From an uncultured Actinomycetota bacterium (GTDB lineage Bacteria; Actinomycetota; Actinomycetes; Propionibacteriales; Nocardioidaceae): a DNA stretch of 64,000 nt. Location of the stretch: assembly GCA_963750265.1 (NCBI GenBank), contig CAVVQG010000015.1:8858-72857 (forward strand). Reading direction: 5' to 3'. The notes beneath the pieces are model-generated. The model worked only from the letters and a program-made list of their open reading frames with translations, was not told the origin of the DNA and made no database searches. Positions 31,541 to 42,113 of the stretch are shown here, piece by piece (position 1 is the stretch's first letter; every line of letters starts with the position of its first letter). Position numbers and translations under genes: made by a program.

Positions 31541-32467
31541 GTGATGATGTGGCGAGACGTCCCCGGCGCGACGACTGACGCACGTACCGAACGTGCGGCC
31601 GTCGCGATCGGCACGTTCGACGGTGTGCACCGCGGGCACCAGCACGTACTGGCGCGCACTCGCGAGCTTGCCGATGGAGCCGCTGTTGTCGCGGTGACAT
31701 TTGACCCGCATCCAATGGCTGTGGTGCGCCCCGATCACGTGCCGCGCAGACTGACGACTCTCCAGCGGCGGGTCGAGCTGCTGCTCGCCAACGGTGCAGA
31801 CGAAGTTCGAGTGCTTGCCTTCAGCACCGAGATGTCGGGATGGTCGCCCGAGGAGTTCATCCAACGTGTTCTGGTGGATGAGCTGCACAGCCAGGTCGTT
31901 GTGGTGGGGGAGAAGTTCCGCTTCGGTCACAAGGCTGCCGGTGATCTCGCAGTCCTTGTCGCGGCGGGGGAGCAGCACGGATTCAAGGCCGTCGGGCTGC
32001 CGCTGATCGGCGACGGCGAAGTGCTGTCGTCGACCCGGGCACGTGCGCACGTGGCCGCCGGAGAGCTGCAGGAGGCCGCCGTCGTTCTCGGTCGGCCCCA
32101 CGAGGTCAGTGGCGTCGTCGTCCGCGGAGACCGACGCGGCCGCGATCTTGGCTTCCCGACCGCGAACGTGCCGGTCGACGAGTCATGTGCCGTGCCGCCC
32201 GACGGCGTGTATGCCGGGTGGGTCGTACGAGCCGATGAACGCCTTCCCGCCGCGATCTCGGTGGGCACCAACCCGACATTCGACGGCGTCGAGCGACGGG
32301 TCGAGTCATATGTGCTCGACCGCACCGATCTCGACCTGTACGACGAGCTGATTCGCGTCGAGCTGGTCGCCCACCTCCGCGGAATGGTCAAGTACGAAGG
32401 CGTCGAAGCGCTGGTCCAACAGATGCATCAAGACGTCGCTGACACCCGCGAGATCCTCAAACTCTAG
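31541..32467 (+). CDS. ribF: Bifunctional riboflavin kinase/FAD synthetase
   Basis: GTFDGVHRGH, SST, GFPTAN, GTNPTF. Confidence 0.96.
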   Translation: MMMWRDVPGATTDARTERAAVAIGTFDGVHRGHQHVLARTRELADGAAVVAVTFDPHPMAVVRPDHVPRRLTTLQRRVELLLANGADEVRVLAFSTEMSGWSPEEFIQRVLVDELHSQVVVVGEKFRFGHKAAGDLAVLVAAGEQHGFKAVGLPLIGDGEVLSSTRARAHVAAGELQEAAVVLGRPHEVSGVVVRGDRRGRDLGFPTANVPVDESCAVPPDGVYAGWVVRADERLPAAISVGTNPTFDGVERRVESYVLDRTDLDLYDELIRVELVAHLRGMVKYEGVEALVQQMHQDVADTREILKL

Positions 32468-32504
32468 GCAGAACACGTTCTAGTCACCGTAGGATCCGAG
32501 CACC

Positions 32505-34718
32505 ATGACTCCCCTTCGCATCCTTGGTGCCGCAGTTGCCGGCGCGCTCATCGTGCCCATGTTGACCTTCTCGCCGGCTCCGGCAATCGGCCGTTGCGGT
32601 GACCACCCTTGGTGCAACACCTCGCTCAGCGACACAAAACGCGCTGACCTGTTGCTCGCCGAGCTGACCCTCCAAGAGAAGATCGGCCTGCTCGGCGGGG
32701 ACGACTTCATGTCGGGGGCGTTCAGCAGTCCGGACACGCACACCGGCGTGCAAGACGGTGTGCCGCGACTGGACATTCCGACGATCTACTACAGCGATGG
32801 ACCGGTCGGTCCGCGGCAGGGCGAGTCGATCGGTCTGCCCGCGCCGCTTGCATTGGCAGCAACGTTCAACACCGATCTCGCGCGCTCGCACGGAACGGTG
32901 GCAGCCAGCGAGGCACGTGCCAAGGGCAATGACGTCATTTTTGCCCCCACCGTCAACATTGCCCGCACGCCGCTCGCCGGTCGCACCTTCGAGGGCTACG
33001 GCGAAGACCCCTGGCTCACCAGTCGAATCGGGGTCGAGTGGATCAAGGGTGCGCAGTCGACCGGATTGGTCGGCAACGTCAAGCACTTCGCGGCCAACAA
33101 CCAGGAAGGTGTCGATGTCGACATCACTGGAGGTCGGCTCAGCGCGTACTCGCCGATCGGGCTGGGGGTGTTCGGCACCCGATACGCACAGAACTCCGTC
33201 GTGGACGACCGCACGCTCCGCGAGATCTATCTCCCGCAGTTCGAGGCTGCGGTCAAGGAGGCGAAGGTCGGGACGATCATGTGTTCCTACAACCGCCTGA
33301 ACGGCCGCTATGCGTGCCAGAACCCGACGCTGCTGCAGGACATTCTGCGAAAGGACTGGGGCTTCACCGGCTACACGATCGCCGACTACATCGCGATGCA
33401 CAGCACGGCCGGCGGGCTCAACAACGGCCTCGACTTCGAGCCGTTCCCTCCGCTGGCTTATCAGCCGTTGCTGATCAGCACGGCCGTGGCCTTGGGGCGC
33501 GTGGCGGAGGTGACGATCGACCAGCACGTGCACGCGATGCTCAGGACCTGGTTCCGCTTCGGGGTGTTGGACCGGGCCGCATACGTCAATGACGACGCCC
33601 AGATCGACAAGGTGGCGGATGGGCGAGCGTCGCAGACCATTGCCGAGCAGGCGGCAACGTTGTTGCGCAACGAGGGCAACATCCTGCCGATCTCGCGGAC
33701 TGTTCGATCGATCGCAGTGATCGGCAAGCCGGCCACTGAGTTCGCCGTCGGTGGCGGGTCCGGCGAGGTCACCCCATTTGAGAACAACTCGTTGCTCGAC
33801 GGCATCAAGGCTCGGGCCGGCTCTGCCGTCACCGTCACATATGACGACGGGTCCGACAAGGCAAAGTCCGCCGCGGCGGCAAAGGCCGCCGACATTGCGA
33901 TCGTGGTGGCCAAGGACCAGTACGGAGAAGGTGCTGACCGCAGGTGTCTGTCACTGAACTGTCCGAGCATGAACGGCGACCAGGACGGCCTGATCGAGGC
34001 CGTCGCCGCCGTGCAGCCGAAGACCGTGGTGGTGCTGGAGTCCGGTGGTGCTGACCTCACGCCGTGGCGCTCGAGGGTCGCAGGGCTCATCTCGGCCTGG
34101 TATCCCGGAGCGCACGGTGGGCCTGCCATTGCCCGCGTGCTGTTCGGAGATGTCGACCCCGGCGGCAGACTTCCTATCACGTTCCCCGAGAGCGAGTCGC
34201 AGTTGCCGACCGCCGTGAGCAGAACGCGTTACCCCGGCGGCGGCCTGCTCGGTCTCGACACTCGTTACGACGAGGGCGTGTTCGTCGGCTACCGCTGGTA
34301 CGACGAGAAGAAGCTCGCCCCGGCATACCCGTTTGGGTTTGGACTGTCGTACACGACGTTCGCGCTGTCGAAGCTCAAGGTGACGCGCAGCGGCACGGGA
34401 GCAGTGGTGAGTGCAATGGTCACGAACACGGGCAAGCGGACCGGATTCGCCGTGCCTCAGCTTTACGTGGGCCTGCCCGACCAGTCCAGCGCAGTCCAAC
34501 AACCGCCGTCTGCGCTCAAGGGCTTCACCAAGGTCAAGCTCGCACCGGGTCAGTCACGGACTGTCACGATGCCGCTGGACGCGCGAGCCCTGTCGTACTG
34601 GAACGCGTCGGCCAAGGCCTGGAAGGTCACCAAGGGCTGTGCCGCGGTGAAGGTCGGCTTCTCGTCGAGGGACCTGCCGTTGCGCGGGTCACTGCCGATC
34701 GGCGGAGGCCGCTGCTGA
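32505..34718 (+). CDS. Secreted GH3 beta-glucosidase with FnIII domain
   Basis: Signal peptide; SDGP, GRTFEGYGEDP, KHF, ADY, YPFGFGLSYT. Confidence 0.9.
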   Translation: MTPLRILGAAVAGALIVPMLTFSPAPAIGRCGDHPWCNTSLSDTKRADLLLAELTLQEKIGLLGGDDFMSGAFSSPDTHTGVQDGVPRLDIPTIYYSDGPVGPRQGESIGLPAPLALAATFNTDLARSHGTVAASEARAKGNDVIFAPTVNIARTPLAGRTFEGYGEDPWLTSRIGVEWIKGAQSTGLVGNVKHFAANNQEGVDVDITGGRLSAYSPIGLGVFGTRYAQNSVVDDRTLREIYLPQFEAAVKEAKVGTIMCSYNRLNGRYACQNPTLLQDILRKDWGFTGYTIADYIAMHSTAGGLNNGLDFEPFPPLAYQPLLISTAVALGRVAEVTIDQHVHAMLRTWFRFGVLDRAAYVNDDAQIDKVADGRASQTIAEQAATLLRNEGNILPISRTVRSIAVIGKPATEFAVGGGSGEVTPFENNSLLDGIKARAGSAVTVTYDDGSDKAKSAAAAKAADIAIVVAKDQYGEGADRRCLSLNCPSMNGDQDGLIEAVAAVQPKTVVVLESGGADLTPWRSRVAGLISAWYPGAHGGPAIARVLFGDVDPGGRLPITFPESESQLPTAVSRTRYPGGGLLGLDTRYDEGVFVGYRWYDEKKLAPAYPFGFGLSYTTFALSKLKVTRSGTGAVVSAMVTNTGKRTGFAVPQLYVGLPDQSSAVQQPPSALKGFTKVKLAPGQSRTVTMPLDARALSYWNASAKAWKVTKGCAAVKVGFSSRDLPLRGSLPIGGGRC

Positions 34719-35615
34719 CGGCCGACCTGTTCGTTCGATCGTCGCGGCGACGGCGGTGGCGACCGACTGCATTCCGGCTGCATTGGGGTGGATGAAGGCG
34801 CCGTCTCCCGGGTCTGGCTGGAATCCGTTGACCCAGGCGTTCTTCCCTCGACACGACTCATGACCGACGCTCAGTTTGCTCATCGAGACGTATTCGACCT
34901 CGGCTCGCTCGGCCGCTTCGGAAAGTGCCGCCTCGAGAGCGTTCTGCCCGGCGGGCGCTGCACCGGTCCGATCCGCGGCGAGACCCGGAACTTCACACCC
35001 GCCCGGCTCGGGCAGAAGTCGCAAATAGCCGACCAGGATGATGCGCGCCTGGGGTGCCTTGGCACGGATGTCTTCGAGCGCTTTGGTGACGCGACTGGCT
35101 GTGCGCCCGAGAATCTCGCCCAGCTCGCCGTCAGCGAACGGTGGACAGCTGGGCGGCGGGTTGTGAGCGGTCCCCCCGGCACAGGAAAAGAGCATCTTGC
35201 CGAACAGGTTTTCGTCGTTGCCACCGATCCCGAGGGTCACCAAGTCTGTGTCTGGCCCGACGGCATCGATCTGGGCGTCATCCTGCCCGGCCGCGGGTCT
35301 CGCGGTGACGATGTCGCCTGACGTCGCACCGCTGCAGCTGGCGTCGTGGAACGATTTGACCTGCAGCTTCTTGGCGAGCAGTCTCGGCCAGTTGCCCAGG
35401 GAGCGTTCGCAGGCACCCGACGTTGCGTCGACGGGCAGGATGCCTGGTCCAGCGACGTAGGAGTCGCCCATTGCGACATATGACGTGTAGGCGCTCGTCG
35501 GCCCCGGACCCGGATCCGGCTTCGGTTCGACGTCGACGTGACCTGGGGAACATCCGACGATTGCCAACAGGCCGACGGCCGCAACGGCCTGGCCGACCCG
35601 GTGAGCAACTGGCAT
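34689..35615 (-). CDS. SGNH/GDSL hydrolase lipoprotein
   Basis: Lipobox IVGC; MGDSY, SCSGA, GGND, FIHPN. Confidence 0.88.
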   Translation of the reverse strand: MPVAHRVGQAVAAVGLLAIVGCSPGHVDVEPKPDPGPGPTSAYTSYVAMGDSYVAGPGILPVDATSGACERSLGNWPRLLAKKLQVKSFHDASCSGATSGDIVTARPAAGQDDAQIDAVGPDTDLVTLGIGGNDENLFGKMLFSCAGGTAHNPPPSCPPFADGELGEILGRTASRVTKALEDIRAKAPQARIILVGYLRLLPEPGGCEVPGLAADRTGAAPAGQNALEAALSEAAERAEVEYVSMSKLSVGHESCRGKNAWVNGFQPDPGDGAFIHPNAAGMQSVATAVAATIERTGRPSAAASADRQ

Positions 35616-35662
35616 GTCGACGAGGCTATCGGGCCGGCCAACCGGCGTGAGCTGGCTGCGAG

Positions 35663-36484
35663 CTACCGCTTGCAGGCGGTGAAGAGCAGGTATTCCCACT
35701 CCATCACGCCGCCGCCGACGTCGTGACCCGCTGCAAGGTCAGTGAGCTCGCGATCGAGAGACGCCACGCGCTCGGCATCGTCGCCGATGAACTTGTAGAC
35801 CGCGATCGTCGGGCCGTAGCAGGCCTTGAAGAAGTCGAGGAACTCCTGGGGTGTGCTGAACGTGTCGACGGTGAGCTTCGCTCGACGGGCCGCGACATCG
35901 GTGACCCGGCCACCGAACAGCTCGGTGAGGTGCTGCTCGTCACCCCACAACGGCGGTGGCTGAGCGCCGGCGGGCGGCGGGGGAGCGTACGGCTTCATCA
36001 CGGTGAACATCTGGCCGATGAATCCTTCAGGCGTCCAGTTGAGCAGACCTAGCGATCCACCCGGTCGCAGTACGCGTACAAGCTCGTCGGCGCTCTCCTG
36101 GTGATGTGGCGCAAACATGATGCCGACGCACGAGATCGCGGCGTCGAACTCAGCATCGGCGAATGGCAACGCCTCTGCGTCGGCCTCCCGCCAATCGAGC
36201 GAGAGCCCGTTCGCCTCCGCATCCCTACGGCCCGCTTCGAGCAGCTCGGGTGTCAGGTCGGACGCCACGACCTCAGCGCCGACCCGAGCGGCGGGGAGCG
36301 ACGCATTGCCCGATCCGGCGGCGATGTCGAGCACTCGGTTTCCGGGTTGGATCCCGGCCGCCGTCACGAGCTCGGGTCCGAGTGGTGCAATGACGTCAGC
36401 GGCAACCGATGGGTAGTCGCCGGACGCCCACATGGCGCGGTGCTTGGCCTTGATGTCAGGCGCAGCAGTGTCAGTCATCTCCAT
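35663..36484 (-). CDS. Class I SAM-dependent methyltransferase
   Basis: VLDIAAGSG, SDLT, ADAEALPF, RVLRPGG. Confidence 0.9.
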   Translation of the reverse strand: MEMTDTAAPDIKAKHRAMWASGDYPSVAADVIAPLGPELVTAAGIQPGNRVLDIAAGSGNASLPAARVGAEVVASDLTPELLEAGRRDAEANGLSLDWREADAEALPFADAEFDAAISCVGIMFAPHHQESADELVRVLRPGGSLGLLNWTPEGFIGQMFTVMKPYAPPPPAGAQPPPLWGDEQHLTELFGGRVTDVAARRAKLTVDTFSTPQEFLDFFKACYGPTIAVYKFIGDDAERVASLDRELTDLAAGHDVGGGVMEWEYLLFTACKR

Positions 36485-36538
36485 CTCCCTCTGGTGTGGT
36501 CATGACCCGAGATTGCACCGCAGTGCGTACGTCGATCC

Positions 36539-36580
36539 AGTCACAAATCTGGACCACTTCGACGGTCCACGATCTGTACT
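36539..36580. promoter_or_regulatory. Paired inverted-repeat operator between divergent methyltransferase and HxlR regulator
   Basis: AGTCACAAATCTGGACC...GGTCCACGATCTGTACT; TGGACC-N8-GGTCCA dyad. Confidence 0.45.
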
Positions 36581-36637
36581 AGCGCTCGAGCCCGATCGCA
36601 CGGTCTACTGAGGAGAGCACGATCAGAGGAGAGACTC

Positions 36638-37333
36638 ATGACGTCATACGGCCAGTTCTGCCCGGTGGCAAAGGCCATGGAGGTGCTCGACGAGCGGTGG
36701 ACTTTGCTGATCTTGCGCGAGATGCTCGCCGGCAGCTCGCACTTCAACGACCTGCGCCGTGGCAATCCCAAGATGTCGCCAACTCTGCTGTCGAAACGGC
36801 TACGCACGCTGGAGCGCGCCGGAGTGGTCCAGCGCGTCGTCGAGGACGGGCGTACGAGATACACGTTGACCGAATGCGGCGAGGAGCTGCGCGACGTAGT
36901 GGATGCACTGGGCGCGTGGGGTGTTCGGTGGATCGGCCAGCTCGGTGAGGAGGACCTCGACCCGCATCTGCTGATGTGGGACATGCGTCGAACGGTCCCG
37001 GTCGAACAGTGGCCCGACGGCCGCACCGTTGTCGCCTTCGAGTTCGTCGACGTCATGCCCAAGGCTGCGCATTGGTGGCTGTGCGTCAGCAGGGGAGAGG
37101 CCGACATCTGTGACTACGATCCGGGCTTCAACGTCGCCGCGACGGTCACAACGAGCCTCCGCACGCTCACCGAGGTCTGGCGCGGTGACATCTCGTGGCA
37201 CCAGGCCATCAAGGACGAGCGGCTCGGCCTCACTGGATCCAGCACTGCTGTCCGCTCGGTGCCCGGGTGGCTGGGCCAGATGCAGCTCGCCTCTGTTCCC
37301 AGACTGGATTCGCAGTTGGCACGCGCACGCTGA
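36638..37333 (+). CDS. HxlR-family winged-helix regulator with C-terminal SCP2-like domain
   Basis: YGQFCPVAKAMEVLDERWTLLI, LSKRLR, YTLT. Confidence 0.88.
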   Translation: MTSYGQFCPVAKAMEVLDERWTLLILREMLAGSSHFNDLRRGNPKMSPTLLSKRLRTLERAGVVQRVVEDGRTRYTLTECGEELRDVVDALGAWGVRWIGQLGEEDLDPHLLMWDMRRTVPVEQWPDGRTVVAFEFVDVMPKAAHWWLCVSRGEADICDYDPGFNVAATVTTSLRTLTEVWRGDISWHQAIKDERLGLTGSSTAVRSVPGWLGQMQLASVPRLDSQLARAR

Positions 37334-37343
37334 TACTCTGAGT

Positions 37344-37427
37344 GTTGCCGTGTAACGGCCACGGATTGATAGTGCCCCGGTGGACAAGCCCGAGCGCGCC
37401 GTGCAACGAAACCCTCAGAGGAGAAAA
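37344..37427 (+). promoter_or_regulatory. Putative S15 autoregulatory leader
   Basis: TACTCT -10 box at 37334; closing stem GTTGC/GCAAC with internal stems; S15 autoregulation through its leader is established in several phyla. Confidence 0.5.
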
Positions 37428-37718
37428 GTGTCGAAGAAGACTGCTGCGCCCACGGTCGCAGACATGCCCAAGGACGAAATCATCAAGCTCTATGCACTCA
37501 GTGACGGCGACACCGGATCCCCCGAGGTCCAGGTTGCACTGCTCACCGGCCGCATCGCGCACCTGACCGGTCACCTGCAGGAACACAAGCACGACCACCA
37601 CAGCCGTCGTGGTCTGCTCCTGCTGGTCGGCCAGCGTCGTCGTCTGCTCAACTACCTGCAGAACAACGACATCGAGCGCTACCGCTCGCTCATCGAGCGT
37701 CTCGGTCTGCGCCGCTAG
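37428..37718 (+). CDS. rpsO: 30S ribosomal protein S15
   Basis: [24 protein letters not shown]; GAGGAG RBS. Confidence 0.97.
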   Translation: MSKKTAAPTVADMPKDEIIKLYALSDGDTGSPEVQVALLTGRIAHLTGHLQEHKHDHHSRRGLLLLVGQRRRLLNYLQNNDIERYRSLIERLGLRR

Positions 37719-37724
37719 GACCCT

Positions 37725-37761
37725 GTGGCGGTCACTTCCTCATGGGGGTGGCCGCCATCTT
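37725..37761 (+). terminator. Hairpin after rpsO
   Basis: TGGCGGTCACTTCC-TCAT-GGGGGTGGCCGCCA followed by TCTT. Confidence 0.6.
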
Positions 37762-37818
37762 CACAACTGCACAACGAATGACGCGAAAACCCACGACGAG
37801 TGGCACCGGCACGACGTG

Positions 37819-37900
37819 CTCGGTCCTCGGTAGTGGCCCTCGGATCCGGTCAAAGAGATTTGACGTGGTGCCCGCAGGCCTCGATCGAAGACCGACTGAG
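37819..37900 (+). ncRNA. Actino-pnp RNA motif (pnp 5' leader)
   Basis: GGTCCTCGGTAGTGGCC ... GGCCTCGATCGAAGACC pairing upstream of pnp resembles the described actinobacterial pnp leader (recognised by eye, no covariance search run). Confidence 0.7.
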
Positions 37901-37961
37901 TTTTACCGCCGGCCCGCAGCTCGTCCCAAATTGCAGGCTCTGACCTGCGGAAGGGACTTCC

Positions 37962-40184
37962 ATGTCGGAATCCACACTTCACACCGCTGAGACAGTCATC
38001 GACAATGGCAGCTTCGGCAAGCGCACCATCCGTTTCGAGACGGGCATCCTCGCCCAGCAGGCCGCCGGTTCGGTCTCTGCATTCCTCGATGACGACACCA
38101 TGCTGCTGTCAGCCACCACGGCCGGCAAGCACCCCAAGGAACAGTTCGACTTCTTCCCGCTGACGATCGACGTCGAAGAGCGCATGTACGCCGCGGGTCG
38201 CATCCCGGGCTCGTTCTTCCGCCGCGAAGGCCGTCCCAGCGAGGACGCCATCCTCACCTGCCGTCTGATCGACCGCCCGCTGCGCCCGACCTTCAAGAAG
38301 GGTCTGCGCAACGAGGTCCAGGTCGTCATCACGGTCCTGGCGCTCAACCCCGACGCCCCCTACGACGTTCTGGCCATCAACGCGGCCTCCGCGTCGACGC
38401 AGATCTCGGGTCTGCCGTTCACCGGTCCGATCGGCGCCACCCGCGTCGCCCTGATCGACGGTCAGTGGGTCGGCTTCCCGACACACAGCCAGCTCGAGAA
38501 CGCCGTGTTCGACATGGTTGTCGCCGGCCGCATCGCCGACGATGACGTCGCGATCATGATGGTCGAGGCCGAGTCGACCGAGTCGACCTGGGGCCTCGTG
38601 CAGAGCGGTGTCCAGGCGCCGACCGAAGAGGTCGTCGCCGGCGGCCTCGAGGCTGCCAAGGTCTTCATCAAGCAGCTCTGCGAGGCTCAGATCGAGCTCG
38701 CGAACGCCGCTGCCAAGCCCGTCAAGGACTTCCCGGTCTTCCTCGAGTTCGAGGATGACGCATACGAAGCCGTCAAGGCCGTCGCATCCGCCCCGCTCGC
38801 CGAGGCCATGACGATCCTGCACAAGGCTGACCGTGAGGCTCGTGAGTCAGAGATCAAGGCAGACGTCATCGACAAGCTCGGTGCTGACTTCGAAGGTCGC
38901 GAGAAGGAGCTCGGCGCTGCAGTTCGCGCCGTGACCAAGTCGGTCGTACGCGATCGTGTCCTGCGCGAGAACATCCGCATCGACGGTCGTGGCCTCGCTG
39001 ACATCCGCGCCCTCAGCGCTGAGGTTGGAGTCGTCCCACGCGTGCACGGTTCGGCACTGTTCCAGCGCGGCGAGACCCAGATCATGGGCATCACCACGCT
39101 GAACATGCTTGGCCTCGAGCAGAAGCTTGACACGCTCTCGCCGGTCACCGCGGTCCGTTACATGCACAACTACAACTTCCCGCCCTACTCGACCGGTGAG
39201 ACCGGTCGCGTTGGTTCGCCGAAGCGTCGCGAGATCGGCCACGGTGCCCTTGCGGGTCGTGCGCTCCTTCCCGTGCTGCCGACGCGCGAGGAGTTCCCGT
39301 ACGCGATCCGTCAGGTCTCCGAGGCACTCAGCTCCAATGGCTCCACCTCGATGGGTTCGGTCTGCGCTTCGACGCTCGGCCTGCTCAACGCGGGTGTGCC
39401 GCTGCGCGCGCCGGTTGCCGGCATCGCGATGGGCCTCATCTCCGGTGAGGTCGACGGCAAGCAGACCTTCGTCACGTTGACCGACATCCTCGGCGCTGAA
39501 GATGCTTTCGGCGACATGGACTTCAAGGTGGCCGGTACGCGTGAGTTCATCACCGCCCTGCAGCTCGACACCAAGCTCAACGGCATCCCGGCCGACATTC
39601 TGGCCGGTGCGCTGACTCAGGCCAAGGGTGCGCGTCACGCGATCCTCGACGTCATGGCCGAGGCCATCGACGAGCCTGACGAGATGAGCCCCTACGCCCC
39701 GCGGATCATCACGATCAAGATCCCCGTGGACAAGATCGGTGAGGTCATCGGCCCGAAGGGCAAGATCATCAACCAGATCCAGGACGAGACCGGCGCCAAC
39801 ATCTCGCTCGAAGATGACGGCACCGTCTACGTCGGCGCCGAGAACGGCGAGGCGGCCGAGGCTGCTCGCGACGCGATCAACGCGATCGCCAACCCGACGA
39901 TGCCCGAGGTCGGCGAGCGCTACCTCGGCACGGTCGTCAAGGTTGTCGACTTCGGTGCCTTCGTGTCGCTGTCACCGGGCCGCGACGGTCTGCTGCACAT
40001 CAGCAAGCTCCGTGAGCTCAATGGTGGCCAGCGCGTCAACAACGTCGAAGACGTTGTGTCGGTCGGTCAGAAGATCCAGGTCGAGATCGCCGAGCTCGGC
40101 GACCGCGGCAAGCTCTCGCTGATCCCGGTCATCGAAGGCGGCGCGGACGCTGCTGCCGAGGAGCCGGCCACGGCCGACGCCTGA
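37962..40184 (+). CDS. pnp: Polyribonucleotide nucleotidyltransferase
   Basis: [39 protein letters not shown] and S1 domains. Confidence 0.98.
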   Translation: MSESTLHTAETVIDNGSFGKRTIRFETGILAQQAAGSVSAFLDDDTMLLSATTAGKHPKEQFDFFPLTIDVEERMYAAGRIPGSFFRREGRPSEDAILTCRLIDRPLRPTFKKGLRNEVQVVITVLALNPDAPYDVLAINAASASTQISGLPFTGPIGATRVALIDGQWVGFPTHSQLENAVFDMVVAGRIADDDVAIMMVEAESTESTWGLVQSGVQAPTEEVVAGGLEAAKVFIKQLCEAQIELANAAAKPVKDFPVFLEFEDDAYEAVKAVASAPLAEAMTILHKADREARESEIKADVIDKLGADFEGREKELGAAVRAVTKSVVRDRVLRENIRIDGRGLADIRALSAEVGVVPRVHGSALFQRGETQIMGITTLNMLGLEQKLDTLSPVTAVRYMHNYNFPPYSTGETGRVGSPKRREIGHGALAGRALLPVLPTREEFPYAIRQVSEALSSNGSTSMGSVCASTLGLLNAGVPLRAPVAGIAMGLISGEVDGKQTFVTLTDILGAEDAFGDMDFKVAGTREFITALQLDTKLNGIPADILAGALTQAKGARHAILDVMAEAIDEPDEMSPYAPRIITIKIPVDKIGEVIGPKGKIINQIQDETGANISLEDDGTVYVGAENGEAAEAARDAINAIANPTMPEVGERYLGTVVKVVDFGAFVSLSPGRDGLLHISKLRELNGGQRVNNVEDVVSVGQKIQVEIAELGDRGKLSLIPVIEGGADAAAEEPATADA

Positions 40185-40201
40185 TCTGCACAGCTTGATT
40201 G

Positions 40202-40234
40202 GAAGGGCCCCGTCGCACAGCGGCGGGGCCCTTC
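40202..40234. terminator. Hairpin between convergent pnp and ceramidase
   Basis: GAAGGGCCCCGTCGC-ACA-GCGGCGGGGCCCTTC. Confidence 0.75.
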
Positions 40235-40238
40235 TGCG

Positions 40239-42074
40239 TCAGATGACGGTGAACGCGTCGGTGGTGGCAGTTGATCTTCCGACGTAGGAGATCCGGTAGG
40301 TGCCGGCCTCGGTAGCCAGCCACGTGATCGTTGCCGACCAGCGGAGACGCCAGGTCCGGTGCCACGTGATCGTGGTTGTCAGTGAGCTGTCGTCGGCCAC
40401 AGTGGTCCACTGCTCGTCGATGAGCCTCTCCACCAGCAGGTAGGTGGGACGGAACTCGCTGTTGGGATGGTCGGCGGCGAACTTCACCGCGACGGTCTCA
40501 CCCGTTCGAACGCTGCGCGGTGCTTCGAGCACGGCGATGGGGGACTTGCGCTCCAGCAGAGGCGTCCCCATGGGTGACCCCACATGGGCGCGCTGGCGGC
40601 GCGGACTCGGTCCGGGATCCACCGGCGATCCGGCAGCCATTGCCGCAGCCAGGTCGGCGGCGGCGCCGATCAGAGCCTCGAGCTCGTACCGGCCAAAGAT
40701 GGTGCTGCCGCCCTCGTAGTTCTGGAACTCATACTCCTCAGGTGTGGTGACGTAGTGGCCGAAGCCGTTGGCGTAGCCCTGACAGAGCACATGGTCGAGG
40801 TCGGCGCCCATGATCTCGGCCACTCGTCGACGCAGTCGCAGGCCCGAGACGATCGTGACCTCAAATGGCAGGCAGATGAGATGGAGACTGCCGATCCGCA
40901 CCAGCTGAACGGGAAAGTGGCGCTGGGAGAGCCGCAGCGCGCCCACGGGGATCGTCATGTCCTTGGGTGCCTGGCTCGCCGCGAGCGCGGGAGATCTGCG
41001 GTAGAGCCGCTGACTGATCCTGTCGAAGAACGGGTTGTTCTTGCCCTCGTCGAACAGCGGTGAACCCGGCCCGTCGGTCAGCTTGCCGGCAGCGAAGCTC
41101 GCGCCGAGAATGCCCGGTGTCGTGCGGCCACCGGCGGTTGTCTGGTCGGCCATGTCGACATACACGAGGCGGCTGTCGACGAGTGGTTCGAGCTCCTCGC
41201 CCGGCTGACCGGCAAGCTCTCTGGCGGCCGCGAGCTGGCGCTCACCGATGATGCGGGTGTTCTCGCGTTCGTCATCAGTGGGACCTGTTCCCGGCTTCAG
41301 CTCGAGGTTGGGCGAGATGTCGCCCGCGTTCGTCTGCGCGAATGCCGTCACCAGCTCGGCGCGGGAAGTGCGCGGCTCGGCGCCGTCGGCCTCCCAGGAG
41401 TATGCAGCCCACCCCTTGTTGTCCGAGCTGATCAGTCGATTGCGGTTGGTCATCGAGGTGTTGTGCACGGCAAACCAGTTGATCGCGCCGGCAAGCGCGC
41501 CGTCGCGCTCGATGCGCAGCAGCGTCGTCATCGGGTCGATCGATCCGGGGAAGTGGTCCCGTTCCTCGGCCGGGTCGAGGTCGAACGCGGCCTGGCTGCG
41601 GTTGGCGCTGGCGTTGGTCAGCTCGCCGCGATTGAGCACCAGCGTCGACGGGGTGAGGTCGTCGTACGCCCGGATGATCGCCTCGACGACCCCGCTGACA
41701 ATTCGCTCGTACGTACGACGGTGAAAGCCGGCGGTGGTGATGTTGTAGAGCACATCGTGTCCGTGACCACCCGGCCCGCAATGCGTGTGCGTCGCCGTCA
41801 GCACCACGTTGTGGTCGCCGAACCGATCGCCGAACAGTGCGCTGAGCCGCTCCAGCACGCCAGCGGTCGTGGCCTGGAAGAACATGGCGATGTCAGCCAC
41901 GACGTACGCGATGCGCCGCTCGCCGTCATCGAAGACGAAGGCGCGTGCGTATTGCCTGGTGAGGATCCCGTTGGTTTGTTGCTCGGGCATTCCGTAGCCC
42001 ATCATCCCGGCGCCCCAGGGCTCTCCGGTGATGTCTGCAATACCGCGTCCGACAAGTAAGGAGGGCGAGGGCAT
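40239..42074 (-). CDS. Neutral/alkaline ceramidase (no signal peptide)
   Basis: VGRGIADITG, ATHTHCGPGG, AVHNTSM, SDNKG, GDISPN, YEGGST; start ATG 42074 behind TACGGT. Confidence 0.88.
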   Translation of the reverse strand: MPSPSLLVGRGIADITGEPWGAGMMGYGMPEQQTNGILTRQYARAFVFDDGERRIAYVVADIAMFFQATTAGVLERLSALFGDRFGDHNVVLTATHTHCGPGGHGHDVLYNITTAGFHRRTYERIVSGVVEAIIRAYDDLTPSTLVLNRGELTNASANRSQAAFDLDPAEERDHFPGSIDPMTTLLRIERDGALAGAINWFAVHNTSMTNRNRLISSDNKGWAAYSWEADGAEPRTSRAELVTAFAQTNAGDISPNLELKPGTGPTDDERENTRIIGERQLAAARELAGQPGEELEPLVDSRLVYVDMADQTTAGGRTTPGILGASFAAGKLTDGPGSPLFDEGKNNPFFDRISQRLYRRSPALAASQAPKDMTIPVGALRLSQRHFPVQLVRIGSLHLICLPFEVTIVSGLRLRRRVAEIMGADLDHVLCQGYANGFGHYVTTPEEYEFQNYEGGSTIFGRYELEALIGAAADLAAAMAAGSPVDPGPSPRRQRAHVGSPMGTPLLERKSPIAVLEAPRSVRTGETVAVKFAADHPNSEFRPTYLLVERLIDEQWTTVADDSSLTTTITWHRTWRLRWSATITWLATEAGTYRISYVGRSTATTDAFTVI

Positions 42075-42113
42075 CCGGACACCGTATCGGCTCAGTCGTG
42101 AGAGCATCACTCG